A stretch of DNA of 62,886 bases, filler included, from Octopus bimaculoides (GCF_001194135.2; 5 parts of 4 records of this genome joined end to end with filler, not necessarily neighbours in it), one strand, 5' to 3'. Shown: positions 50,152 through 62,392, numbered from the whole stretch's first letter. Translations and numbers: made by a program. Notes: a model not told the origin generated them from the letters alone.

Positions 50152-51205
50152 CTTACTGTTAACAAAAGTCAGGATGCGTGACGTTCAGTTACTCAATAAA
50201 TGAAAAATGCATTAAATACTGAAAAATGTACACGAAGGCCAGACGCAGAAGGATCCTAATTTTTCTTCAATTATCAACCGAAATGTTAATACACAGTTTC
50301 ATGTCTTTAATGGTAAGACTGAGAACTTCGCATTGACGAAGACGGAATAAATACGGCTTTTCGGCCAAACAGACGCGAGTGGTGGGTAACGCCTGAAAGA
50401 AATTCCGAATGGATACAGAAAGAGAAATAGCAAGAAAGGAAATAGATATTGACCGGCAAGCTAAGCGTTCGGTGCCGAAAAGCAGAGAGGTGAGAAAATT
50501 AGCCACGGGTCACGTGAGCAGTAGATAGAGGGAAAGGAGGATGAGAGAGAGCGCGGCAGAGAGTACAAGGAAGGAAGGAAGAAAGTCTGCAATTACGAGT
50601 AAGAGGATGATAGAGAGGAAGAGAGGAAGTTGGGATGCTAGAAAAGAAATGAGGACGAGAGAGAAAGGAAGAAGATAGAGTCGCAAAAAATATATAAAAC
50701 CTTACTGTTAATAAAAGTCGGGATGCGTGATGTTCAGTTACTCAATAAATGAAAAATGTATTAAATACTGAAACGCGTGTACGTAGAACAGACACAAAAG
50801 GACCCTAATTCTTCTTTAGTTATCAACCGAAATGTTAATACACGGTTACATGCCTTTGATGATAAGATTGAGAACTTCGCATATCGGCGGCACTCGCAAA
50901 ATTTGCGGAGAATTAGGGCTCGAGCAAACAAAACGATACAGAGTGGACGTACGAAAGTAAACAAATGTAATTTAAAACAATTGACGAAAACGGAATAAAT
51001 ACGGCCTTTCGGCCAAACATACTAGAGTGATGGGTAACGCCTGAAAGAAAAGCTGAATGGATATAGAAAGAGATATAGCAAGAAAGGAGATAAATATTGA
51101 CCGGCAAGCTAAGCGTCAGGTGCCGAAAGGCAGAGAGGTGAGAAAATTAGTCACATATGGGCAGAAGATAGAGGAGAAGGAGGATGAGAAAGGAGAGAGA
51201 GAGAA
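50152..51205. repeat. Diverged tandem duplication, unit about 550 bp
   Basis: Copies start CTTACTGTTAA.AAAAGTC.GGATGCGTGA at 50152 and 50701 and stay collinear; the second copy has an extra stretch of about 98 bp (50882-50979). Confidence 0.92.
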
Positions 51206-51212
51206 AGTGGCA

Positions 51213-51245
<33 letters not shown>

Positions 51246-51284
51246 GCGTGTATCTATGTATGTATATGTATATATACATGTACA

Positions 51285-51442
51285 CAACGGACTTCTTTGA
51301 GTTATCGTCGTCTAAATTCACTCGCTTTGGTCGGCCCGAGCTATAGTAGAAGAGACTTGCCCAAGGTGCCTTGCAGGGAGACTGAACCCGTACCCATGTG
51401 GTTGGGAAGCAAGCTTCTTATCACACAGCCACACTTGCACCT
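51285..51442 (-). mobile_element. SINE family A 5' half
   Basis: Reverse complement of the A head. Confidence 0.88.
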
Positions 51443-51460
51443 ATGTAGATGAACATATAT

Positions 51461-51510
<50 letters not shown>

Positions 51511-51669
51511 GTGTGTGTGTGTGTGTGAATTTAGTAAAAATGGCACAGTAAGCATGATTTCCGCCAGAACTTTGAAATGTACATAAGGACAGCTTGATGA
51601 ACTTTGGGACGTACATTGGGACAGTTTGATGAGCTTTGGAACGTACATCAAGCTGTCCCAATGACACTT

Positions 51670-51928
51670 TGTAACACCAAAGGTGAATTGAAGGCAAGGA
51701 TTGTAGCAGCATTCACCAACTTAAACAAGAAGACCGTCCAGAAGAGTTGCTGGAGATTCTGAAGTTGCCTAGAGGCCGTAGTTGAAGCCAATGGCAATTT
51801 TATTGAATAAATTTACTCTTTAGTATTTCAAAATATTTTTAGATAATTTTGGTAAATATATCTCTTAAAATGAGATGTCGGTGTCATTTTCATTTTTGCG
51901 TAACTTAGACGACAATTTATTCACCCTG
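51670..51928 (+). mobile_element. Tc1/mariner-superfamily 3' end with TIR
   Basis: CNTKGELKARIVAAFTNLNKKTVQKSCWRF*SCLEAVVEANGNFIE* (cf. RxxAVxxxxGxxxE); terminal ..TTCACCCTG followed by TA. Confidence 0.8.
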
Positions 51929-52455
51929 TATATTGTCAGATCGGTCTTGGGCGCTACAGGTAATATGTAGTCCAGTACAACCTGTTGCATAGTCGGATCG
52001 TTGGCAACTAAACAGGCAACCTCATCAAGCTTACTTGGTGAGGAGGGTGATTGCTGAACACCCTACAGGGCGAAAAATAAGACCTGTCAAAAGGTGGAAG
52101 AGCTCATGAGCAGTCAAAAGCTATCCAACAATATGTGTACATGTGTATGTATGCATGTGTGTATGCGACAGGACGTGAAAATATCTGGGTTAGTGTCTAG
52201 GTGCGTGGTTGGCTCACTAGGAGTGGGAGGCACCTCTGTTGTTGAGCATAGAACGGGGCTCACCACTTCGAGCTGGGAAATGAATGGAATGCTTGGTGTG
52301 TGCCTTGCTGTGGCTACTGACTCTTTAAAAAAATGGGGAATAGGGCTGGATATATNNNNNNNNNNNNNNNNNNNNNNNNNNNNNNNNNNNNNNNNNNNNT
52401 TAATTAATTAANNNNNNNNNNNNNNNNNNNNNNNNNNNNNNNNNNNNNNNNNNNN

Positions 52456-52674
52456 CATAAAAGACACCATTTCGAGCGTGGCCGTTTTCGTGCGGGTGAC
52501 ACGTAAAAGCACCCACTACACTCTCTGAGTGGTTGGCGTTAGGAAGGGCATCCAGCTGTAGAAACTCTGCCAAATCAGACTGGAGCCTGGTGTTGCCATC
52601 CGGTTTCACCAGTCCTCAGTCAAATCATCCAACCCATGCTAGCATGGAAAGCGGACGTTAAACGATGATGATGA
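52456..52674 (+). mobile_element. Repeat family F (RTE-type 3' end; SINE or LINE 3' UTR)
   Basis: GAGTGGTTGGCGTTAGGAAGGGCATCCAGCTGTAGAAAC..CCAACCCATGCTAGCATGGAAAGCGGACGTTAAACGATGATGAT; also at 55350-55670 and 57190-57577. No tRNA head is seen in the window. Confidence 0.85.
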
Positions 52675-52689
52675 TATATGTGTGTGTTT

Positions 52690-52890
52690 GTGTGTCTGTG
52701 TTTGTCCCTCCAACATCGCTTGACAACCGATGCTGGTGTGTTTACGTCCCCGTAACATCAGCGGTTCGGCAAAAGAGACCGACAGAATAAGTAGTAGGCT
52801 TCCAAAGAATAAGTCCTGGGGTTGATTTGCTCGACTGAAAGGCGGTGCTCCAGCATGGCCGCAGTCAAAGGACTGAAACAAGTAAAAGAA
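52690..52890 (+). mobile_element. SINE family A 3' half
   Basis: Collinear with 54175-54372. Confidence 0.92.
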
Positions 52891-53964
52891 TAAAAAGTGA
52901 GTATACACACAAGCTTGGTGATGCAAGCAAACCGAAAAATAGAACTCAGGACATGAATATGAGTATATGTTTTTTATTATTAATTGGTAGAAATGACAAA
53001 GTGACTGAAGAGCCTCGAATTTCATGCATTATCATTTAGGAAGCTCTACATATATTTATGTGTGTATGTGTTTGTGTGTGTATGCATATATGTGTATATG
53101 TGTGTACGTGTGTGTGTGTATGTATATATATGTGTGTATGTGTATGTGTGTATGTATGTATGTATGTATGTATGTATATATATATGTATATACACATACA
53201 CACACACACATATACATACAAACTGAGGTGAGTAGCAATTTCTGAGGCAACAGTTCAAATTTCACCTTGTAAACATCTGTCAACACACACATACACACAC
53301 ACACATACACACACACACATACACACACACATATACACATCACACACATATACACATCACACACTCAATCACATGCACACACACATACACACACACACAC
53401 ACACGCATACACTCAGTCACATGCACACAAACACACCGAAGCACACGCACACACTAGTACACCACATTCACGCACTCACACACACACACACATATACACA
53501 TCACACACACACACATGTACACATCACACACACACATATACACTCAGTCACATGCACACAAACACAAAGAAGCACGCACACACACACACACACACACACA
53601 CCCAGACCCAACACACAGACGTACTGAGCTGGAGTATTCAACACTAGGTACCCCAGCAGTAAAAACACAACCGTTATGTCATATACCCAGTAATACAATC
53701 CACCCAGAATGGGGTGGATTGTGTTACTGTAACTGTACAACATCATTGTTTTCATTGGATTATAAATATTATCATCATCATCATCATCATTATCATTTAG
53801 TTATTATTATTATCATTATCAGTATTATTATTTATTATTATTTCATCCTGCACATCATCATCATCATCGTCATCATCATTATCATCAACATCAACATCAT
53901 CGTCATCGTCATCATCATCATTATTATTATCATTATAATTTTGTTATTATTATTATTATTATCA

Positions 53965-54372
53965 GGCGAAGGAGTGGCTGTGTGGTAAGTAGCTTGCTTA
54001 CCAGCCACATGGTCCCGGGTTCAGTCCCACTGCGTGGCACCTAGGGCAAGTGTCTTCTACTATAGCCTCGGGCCGACCAAAGCCTTGTGAGTGGATTTGG
54101 TAGACGGAAACTGAAAGAAGCCTGTCGTATATATGTATATGTATATATATATATGTATGTGTGTATGTGTTTGTGTGTCTGTGTTTGTCCCCCCAACATC
54201 GCTTGACTACCGATGCTGGTGTGTTTATGTCCCCGTAACTTAGCGGTTCGGCAAAAGAGACCGATAGAATAAGTACTAGGCTTCTAAAGAATAAGTCCTG
54301 GGGTCGATTTGCTCGACTAAAGGCGGTGCTCCAGCATGGCCGCAGTCAATTGACTGAAACAAGTAAAAAGAG
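53965..54372 (+). mobile_element. Full-length SINE family A
   Basis: Head, internal microsatellite and tail, all close to the other full copies. Confidence 0.95.
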
Positions 54373-54414
54373 AAGAAAAAAAAAGAATCAGCATTATTAT
54401 TATTATTATTATTA

Positions 54415-54453
<39 letters not shown>

Positions 54454-54492
54454 TATTATTATTATTATTATTATTTATTATTATTATTATTA

Positions 54493-54527
<35 letters not shown>

Positions 54528-54636
54528 CATCCTGTTCATCATCATCGTCGTCATCATCATAATCATCAACGTCGTCGTCATCATCATCATCATCATCGTC
54601 GTCGTCGTCGTCGTCGTCATCATCATCATCATCATC

Positions 54637-54856
54637 GGTGCCACGCTGGTAGAACGATCATGCTGGGCAAGATGTTTAGTGATATGTCATCCGTCTTTTA
54701 TGTTCTGAGTTCAAATCCTGCCGAGGTTGACTTTGCCTTTCATCCTTTTCGGGGTCGATAAACTAAATACCAGTGATGCACTGGGATCGATGTATTCAGC
54801 TATCCCCCTTCCCCCAAAATCCCTAACCCTTGCGTCTATTGTAGAAAGGATTATTA
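54637..54856 (+). mobile_element. SINE family B with GAAAGGATTATTA tail
   Basis: TTCTGAGTTCAAATCCTGCCGAGGTTGACTTTGCCTTTCATCC body. Confidence 0.85.
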
Positions 54857-54965
54857 CCTCCACCTTAGCGAAGGCAGAGATATTGTTTTCAGTCATGTTT
54901 GTTTGTTTGTTTGTTTGTCCATGGACAAGATATCTCCAGAACCGCTGGAAACATTCAGGGATATT
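54850..54965 (+). mobile_element. Helentron-type non-autonomous element (HINE/DINE-1-like) 5' end
   Basis: TTATTACCTCCACCTT-AGCG-AAGGCAGAG stem-loop, then TTGTTTTC and an internal (GTTT)n tract: the HINE/DINE-1 layout. Confidence 0.6.
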
Positions 54966-55349
54966 AAGCCTCACGACTGACACAAACAGATTAGATTTAA
55001 ACTAAAGCTTCAATAAGATAAGTATTGCATTTATTTTCAGTAATATTGTTGAATGGTTTTCTTTTATTTATTGGTAAAATAAGTATTTTTATATAAATTC
55101 ATTTGATATTTATTGTTAGTCGATAAATATCAGATAATTGGAGTTTGGACACCTCTCAACTGGACAGCTCCAAGACAAACCGTCCAACCCTTGCCAGCAT
55201 GGAAAATGGACACTGAACGATGATGATGATGTATATATATATATATACATATATATACACACACACATTGATAGATACATACATATATACATATCTATAT
55301 ATGTATATGCACACAGACATAGACACACAGATACACACACAGACACACG

Positions 55350-55670
55350 CCCGTGACATGTGTAAGGATTTTCGAGCGAGATCATTGCCAGTGCCCCTGG
55401 ACTGGCTCTTGTGAGGGTGGCACATAAAATACACCATTTTGAGCGTGGCCGTTGCCAGTACCCGCCTGACTGGCTCCCATGCTGGTGGCACATAAAAGCA
55501 CCCACTACACTCTGAGAGTGGTTGGCATTAGGAAGGGCATCCAGCTGTAGAAACATTGCCAAATCAGATTGGAGCCTGGTGCAGCCATCTGGTTCACCAG
55601 TCCTCAGTCAAATCGTCCAACCCATGCTAGCATGGAAAGCGGACGTTAAACGATGATGACGACGATGATG
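55350..55670 (+). mobile_element. Repeat family F
   Basis: Longest F copy; includes an internal duplication of TGCCAGT.CC..GACTGGCTC..GGTGGCACATAAAA. Confidence 0.88.
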
Positions 55671-57189
55671 TATGTATATGTATACATTAGTTGCACACAG
55701 ATAGATAGATAGAGAGATAGATTGCTAAATAGATAAATAGAAAGACAAACAGACAGACGGGCAGACAGACTGCAGACGTACACACAGATAGCGGGGTGGG
55801 GGTTTGCGGGGCAGGGTGGAAAGGGTATGCGGTGAGGGGTGGAAAATAAGTAGACAGATAGACCGTTGAGATAGAGGTAGACAGCTTAAGCAGATACGGA
55901 ACACGCAAACACATGTGAAGTATGTGCAAAACAGAAACAAGGGAACAACATGGCAAAAACAAACAAACAAACGAAGGAAGGAAGGAAGGAATGGTATGAT
56001 GAAGGAGAAAATACCTTAGAAGGCCGATCTGGAATAATATTCACTGCACTTTGTAACATTTGGAGGTTCAATTGTGTTGCATTGTTTTTTACACGTTCCT
56101 CGCATGTTTGCTGCGTTGTTTTTTTATCTCCATATTTTCTGATTGTAGGATACAGTGAATGATTGTTGGTGTTGTTGTTGTTGTTGGTGGTGGTGGTGTT
56201 GGTGGTTGTAGTGGTGGTGATGGTGGTGGTGGTTGTGGTTGTGGTGGTGGTAGTGGTGGTGTTGGTGTTGGTGGTGGCTCTGATGAGAGTGATGGTGATG
56301 GTGGTGGTGGTGTTGATGATGTTTGTAATGATGGTGATGGTTGTGATGATGGTGGTGGTGGAGGTGGTNNNNNNNNNNNNNNNNNNNNNNNNNNNNNNNN
56401 NNNNNNNNNNNNNNNNNNNNNNNNNNNNNNNNNNNNNNNNNNNNNNNNNNNNNNNNNNNNNNNNNNNNNNNNNNNNNNNNNNNNNNNNNNNNNNNNNNNN
56501 NNNNNNNNNNNNNNNNNNNNNNNNNNNNNNNNNNNNNNNNNNNNNNNNNNNNNNNNNNNNNNNNNNGGTGGTGATGGTGGTGGTGGTTGTGGTTGTGGTG
56601 GTGGTAGTGGTGGTGTTGGTGTTGGTGGTGGCTCTGATGAGAGTGATGGTGATGGTGGTGGTGGTGTTGATGATGTTTGTAATGATGGTGATGGTTGTGA
56701 TGATGGTGGTGGTGGAGGTGGTGGCAGTGGTTGTTGTGATGATGATGATGGTGCAACAGCAGGGGTGATTACGGTGTTCAAGATGGTGGTGGCAGTGGCG
56801 GTAGTGGTGTTGCTCTTGTTGTTGCTGTAGGGACAACAAAACATCCAGAAAGACGATACAAAGAAAACAAGGACGGGTCATTCGGAGTTTTCTTTCCTCA
56901 ATCGAATTCCGGAACTTCGGAACTGTGTCAGGAAGTTACGTATTCTCTGAAACGTCTAATTAAGGGCCTTTCATCACCGCGAAAGCTGGTTCGAGTGGGC
57001 TACCCTCTTGCCCTTTGTCAGGTTTGTATTATCAATTACCATAACACCGGAATTTTAATGCTGTTACTCAATATAAGTAGCTTCCATTATGAACCCCTGT
57101 GTTCTGAGATTAAATCCTGTTGATGCCAATTTGGACCTTTCATCCCCTTGCGGGGTGGGGAGTGAATAAATAAAATACTAGTTATATAC

Positions 57190-57577
57190 TAGTATGAACT
57201 TTTGAGCGAGATTGTTGCCAGTGCCCCTNNNNNNNNNNNNNNNNNNNNNNNNNNNNNNNNNNNNNNNNNNNNNNNNNNNNNNNNNNNNNNNNNNNNNNNN
57301 NNNNNNNNNNNNNNNNNNNNNNNNNNNNNNNNNNNNNNNNNNNNNNNNNNNNNNNNNNNNNNNNNNNNNNNNNNNNNNNNNNNNNNNNNNNNNNNNNNNN
57401 NNNNNNNNNNNNNNNNNNNNNNNNNNNNNNNNNNNNNNNNNNNNNNNNNNNNNNNNNNNNNNNNNNNNNNNNNNNNNNNNNNNNNNNNNNNNNNNNNNNN
57501 NNNNNNNNNNNNNNNNNNNNNNNNNNNNNNNNNNNNNNNAAAGCGGACGTTAAACGATGATGATGATGATGATGATG
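57190..57577 (+). mobile_element. Repeat family F spanning a gap
   Basis: Left end GAGCGAGATTGTTGCCAGTGCCCCT and right end AAGCGGACGTTAAACGATGATGAT match 55350-55670. Confidence 0.75.
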
Positions 57578-57585
57578 TATATATA

Positions 57586-57888
57586 GTGTTTATTGAGCGA
57601 AAACACCTAAAGCTCCACAAGGCTCCGGCAGGGGATGGTGGCGAACCCTGCTGTACTCTTCCACCACAATATTCTCTCACTCTTACTTCCTGTTTCTGTT
57701 GTGCCTGTAATTCAAAGGGTCAGCCTTGTCACACTCTGTGTCACACTGAATATCCCCGAGAACTACATTAAGGGTACACGTGTCTGTGGAGTGCTCAGCC
57801 ACTTGCACGTTAATTTCATGAGCAGGCTGTTCCGTTGATCGGATCAACTGGAACCCTCGATGTCGTAAGCGACGGAGTGCCAACAACA
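57586..57888 (+). mobile_element. SINE family E lacking its head
   Basis: Near-identical to 19882-20183. Confidence 0.92.
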
Positions 57889-57944
57889 ATATATATATAT
57901 GAATATATACACGCACACACACTACAGTAAGCACATAAATGTGA

Positions 57945-58030
57945 AACAAGGTGGGTAAAAATAGTACTCGAATACCGGAGGTAGGGTAATATGCTTTATT
58001 ACAAAAGCTGCAAAAACATCACAACAATCT
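57945..58030 (-). mobile_element. Possible Penelope-like terminal fragment
   Basis: Minus strand AATAAAGCATATTACCCTACCTCCGGTATTCGAGTACT; assignment is by resemblance only. Confidence 0.25.
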
Positions 58031-58299
58031 CATCACACCCTTGACAACATCAATATCGAACATCCTGTCCTTATTAACTCAGCAGGCTTCTTTGCTTAAA
58101 AGGAAGCCGATTTTTTTTTTTTTTCTACATAAATAATGGTTTTGTGATATTTTTGCGATGTTTTCGCAGATTTAATAATAATAATAATAATAAAGTATAT
58201 ATTTATATGTGTGTGTGTGTGTGTGTGTCTGTGTGTGTATGTATATATATGTATCTATGTATATATGTACATTTGTATGTACGGATATATGCATGTATG

Positions 58300-58358
<59 letters not shown>

Positions 58359-58588
58359 GTATTTAAATGTATACTTTTGTGCCTGTGTCTTCTGTGTTTA
58401 TAAATTGGATAAACACAAGAAAGTAATTAACAGCACTCATTAACAATTTCCTTTGATATAATTGGTTTCCTTAAAACAGTCAAAACTTTTGTTGTTGTTG
58501 CCATTGTTGTGGGTGTTGTTGCTGTTGCTGATGATGATGTTTGTGGTGAGTTCTTGGTTGTGGTGGTGGTGGTGGTGGTGGCGGCAGA

Positions 58589-58620
<32 letters not shown>

Positions 58621-58649
58621 GGGCAATGACGATGTTGATGATGAGGACT

Positions 58650-58695
<46 letters not shown>

Positions 58696-59666
58696 GGACA
58701 ATGACGATGTTGATGATGAGGACTATGATGATAAGGACTATGATGATGATNNNNNNNNNNNNNNNNNNNNNNNNNNNNNNNNNNNNNNNNNNNNTTAATT
58801 AATTAANNNNNNNNNNNNNNNNNNNNNNNNNNNNNNNNNNNNNNNNNNNNAATTAAATAAAGAATAAATAAAATAATACTAAATCAAGCAAGCGTGCATT
58901 ATTATATAGTTATAAAGTTCGCTTCGCAAATGCACGGTTCCAGGTTCGATTCTACTGCGTAGCACCTTTAGCAATTTGCTTCTACTCTAGGGTCGGTCCG
59001 ATGATTGACTACTATGTGGTCTCACCCCCACGTACATCTATCTATCTATCTATATAATTTATTAATGAGGGTAGAAATTGATATTAATCAATTAAAACCA
59101 GTGGTCTAGCTTTGCTGGTCATTCTTCTTATTTTTGTATCTATCTCTCTCTATATATATAATTTATATGCATTCATTTATATGCATATATATTCATTTAT
59201 ATGCATATATATTCATTTATATGCATATATATATAATTTATATGCATTCATGTATATGCTTGGTGCTTATTTGAAAATATGCGTGTGACACAACATTAAT
59301 GGTTAAAAACTCATGCAGATTCTGGAAAGGAAATGTGCACTGACATGATATAGATAACGATAACTCTTGAAGACATTGCCCCAGCATAGCCGCAATGCAA
59401 TGGACAAAAGTTACTAAATGTGAATAATGAATATAAACAAAAGAGAAAAATCACTTTAGCAGTTCATTTTCTCGAGTAAACACATTAAAATTATTTGTAA
59501 AAAGGGGCAGTCTGTCGAATCTTCATTCAGTCGCACCTTAAACGGAAAAGCATTTGACTATATTGGTGTGTTTGTGTATACATAGACAGACATACACACA
59601 TGCATACACATATATATATACATATATACATGCATATATACATACACATGCATACGTATATATCTT

Positions 59667-60092
59667 TTACCTCTTACTTGTTTCAGTCATTAGACTGCAG
59701 CCATGCTAGGCCACTTGCCTTGAAGAAGTTTTTAATCGAATGAACTGCCCCCCCCCCAATAAAAGCCTAGCATTTATGCAATCGATCTCTTTTTGGCAAA
59801 CCGTTAATTTACACGGACGTAAACAAACCGACACCAGTTGTCAAGCAGTGTTGGGGTAGGGTACAAACACAGACTCAAGAACACACACACGTACACACAC
59901 ACACACGTACACACACACACACGTACACACACACACACGACGGGCTTCTATCAGTTTCCATCAACCAAATCTACTCACAAGGCTTTGGTGCCGGAGGCTA
60001 TAGTAGAAGACACTTGTTTAATATGCCTAATAGTGGGACTGAACCCGGAACCATGTGGTAAGTTTCTTACCTCACAGCCACACCTGCCCTTC
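59667..60092 (-). mobile_element. Full-length diverged SINE family A
   Basis: Tail at 59667-59880, internal (CA)n, head at 59938-60092. Confidence 0.85.
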
Positions 60093-60949
60093 TACACACA
60101 CACACACAAACAAACAAACACGTACAACGGCAAATAAACAAACAGACAAATAGATGGACAGACTGTTTGAATTGACCGTCAGGCGAAACAGTCCCAGGGA
60201 GAACGAAATTCAACTACACATACACCCCACAAATACGTGTGTGCGTTCTTAGGTACAATTCTTTTTATAGAATGTAGATATAGACACAGCTGGTATGCTT
60301 CTAATCATAAGCCTATAGTAATAGGCCGACCTGGTGTTAAATAACAACACTACAGCGTTTCTACTTCGATGTGTATGTTTTTATGAATGTGTGTGTATGT
60401 ATGTGTGTATGAACGTATTCCGATAGCAACGTATCCACAGTTACAACTCATTAACATTGTACAATGAAGAAGAAATAAAAGTAAAAAAGACAAAAAATTA
60501 ACACACGAAAAAACATAAAAATAGGGAGTCTCGATGCATGATCGGTCATTCAACCAACGAGAAATAGCAGTCAAATCTCTGTTAATACTACTACCACCAC
60601 AATCAATCCCAATGCCTTCACCATTTCGAGTAACACGAACAAAAATCATTATCACTCACACCACCACCACCAACAGTACCACCACCACCACCACCATCAC
60701 AACCTCCAACACCACCACCTTCACCACCAACTCGTGCACCAAATTGTCCAAACATTACCACCTTTAGCCACATGTTGCCATGTGCCGACTGTAACGACGT
60801 CCTGTTTAGACTAGTCTCTAGCGCTTGCCCCATTGTTCAGCAGCTGTTTGATCTACAGTAGTCAGGCCTTGCGCTTTATCGCTCAGATTTCTTATACAGA
60901 TATCGATCCATACACATACACATATAAAAACAACCACGACAAGTAAGAC

Positions 60950-60980
<31 letters not shown>

Positions 60981-60999
60981 CATTGGTACAACAATATAG

Positions 61000-61036
<37 letters not shown>

Positions 61037-61789
61037 TCTCTCTCTCTATCTCTCTCTTACNNNNNNNNNNNNNNNNNNNNNNNNNNNNNNNNNNNNNNNN
61101 NNNNNNNNNNNNNNNNNNNNNNNNNNNNNNNNNNNNNNNNNNNNNNNNNNNNNNNNNNNNNNNNNNNNNNNNNNNNNNNNNNNNNNNNNNNNNNNNNNNN
61201 NNNNNNNNNNNNNNNNNNNNNNNNNNNNNNNNNNNNNNNNNNNNNNNNNNNNNNNNNNNNNNNNNNNNNNNNNNNNNNNNNNNNNNNNNNNNNNNNNNNN
61301 NNNNNNNNNNNNNNNNNNNNNNNNNNNNNNNNNNNNNNNNNNNNNNNNNNNNNNNNNNNNNNNNNNNNNNNNNNNNNNNNNNNNNNNNNNNNNNNNNNNN
61401 NNNNNNNNNNNNNNNNNNNNNNNNNNNNNNNNNNNNNNNNNNNNNNNNNNNNNNNNNNNNNNNNNNNNNNNNNNNNNNNNNNNNNNNNNNNNNNNNNNNN
61501 NNNNNNNNNNNNNNNNNNNNNNNNNNNNNNNNNNNNNNNNNNNNNNNNNNNNNNNNNNNNNNNNNNNNNNNNNNNNNNNNNNNNNNNNNNNNNNNNNNNN
61601 NNNNNNNNNNNNNNNNNNNNNNNNNNNNNNNNNNNNNNNNNNNNNNNNNNNNNNNNNNNNNNNNNNNNNNNNNNNNNNNNNNNNNNNNNNNNNNNNNNNN
61701 NNNNNNNNNNNNNNNACACACAGACACACACACAGAAATACACAGACACACACACAGAAATACACACTCACATATATGTATGCACCCAC

Positions 61790-61952
61790 ACGACGGGCTT
61801 CTTTCAGTTTCAGTCAACCAAATCCACTCAAAAGGCTTTGGTCAGTCCGAAGCTATAGTAGATGAGACTTGCCCTGGGTGTCACGCAGTGGGACTGAACC
61901 CAGAACCATGGGGTTGGGAAGCAATCTTCTTACCACACAACCACTCCTGCAC
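61790..61952 (-). mobile_element. SINE family A 5' half
   Basis: ACGACGGGCTTCTTTCAGTTT..CTTACCACACAACCACTCCTGCACC. Confidence 0.9.
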
Positions 61953-61998
61953 CTATAAATGTATATAATTCTCGAATTTCTTTATGTAAGTAAGTAAG

Positions 61999-62072
<74 letters not shown>

Positions 62073-62176
62073 CAAACTTATATGTTATGTATGTGCCTGT
62101 ATGTATTAAAGTATGGCACAAAGTACGCAATACTTTCAAAGAGTAGAACACATTTCATTATTTTGCTGGAAACTAG

Positions 62177-62271
62177 TTTATGGAGTTAATCCTGTTTCAG
62201 TTCTTGTGATCATATTCGCAACTAGTTGCGAACATGATCAGAGGAAACTGAAACAGGATTAACTTTATAAA
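62177..62271. repeat. 95-bp near-perfect palindrome with no spacer
   Basis: GAGTTAATCCTGTTTCAGTT..TGATCATATTCGCAACT|AGTTGCGAACATGATCA..AACTGAAACAGGATTAACTT. Confidence 0.93.
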
Positions 62272-62318
62272 TCTTGTCCCCAATAAAATAACAGACAAAC
62301 GTCCGGGTGCGTACGTTA

Positions 62319-62392
62319 GCATACTAACATAAATATACATATAGGCATACTAACATAAATATACATATAGGCATACTAACATAAATATACAT
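62319..62392. repeat. 26-bp minisatellite, about 3 copies
   Basis: Unit GCATACTAACATAAATATACATATAG. Confidence 0.93.

Noticed and set aside
50725-50775. C/D-box snoRNA-like GTGATGT..CTGA in the tandem duplication
   Set aside because: Imperfect C box, no terminal stem, and the C box is altered in the other copy.
56213-56722. Gly-, His-, Pro- or Thr-rich ORFs with a 156-bp exact duplication
   Set aside because: Trinucleotide low-complexity sequence; the identical copies flank a gap and are most likely unmerged contig ends.
16685-58850. TTAATTAATTAA islands inside N runs at 16729, 35580, 52400 and 58795
   Set aside because: Each is exactly 44 N + 12 nt + 44 N = 100 bp: a scaffolding placeholder, not biology.
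6539-61858. Long ORFs of 170-370 aa in the ORF track
   Set aside because: Made of N-gap read-through and (TA)n, (CA)n or (GA)n translations.
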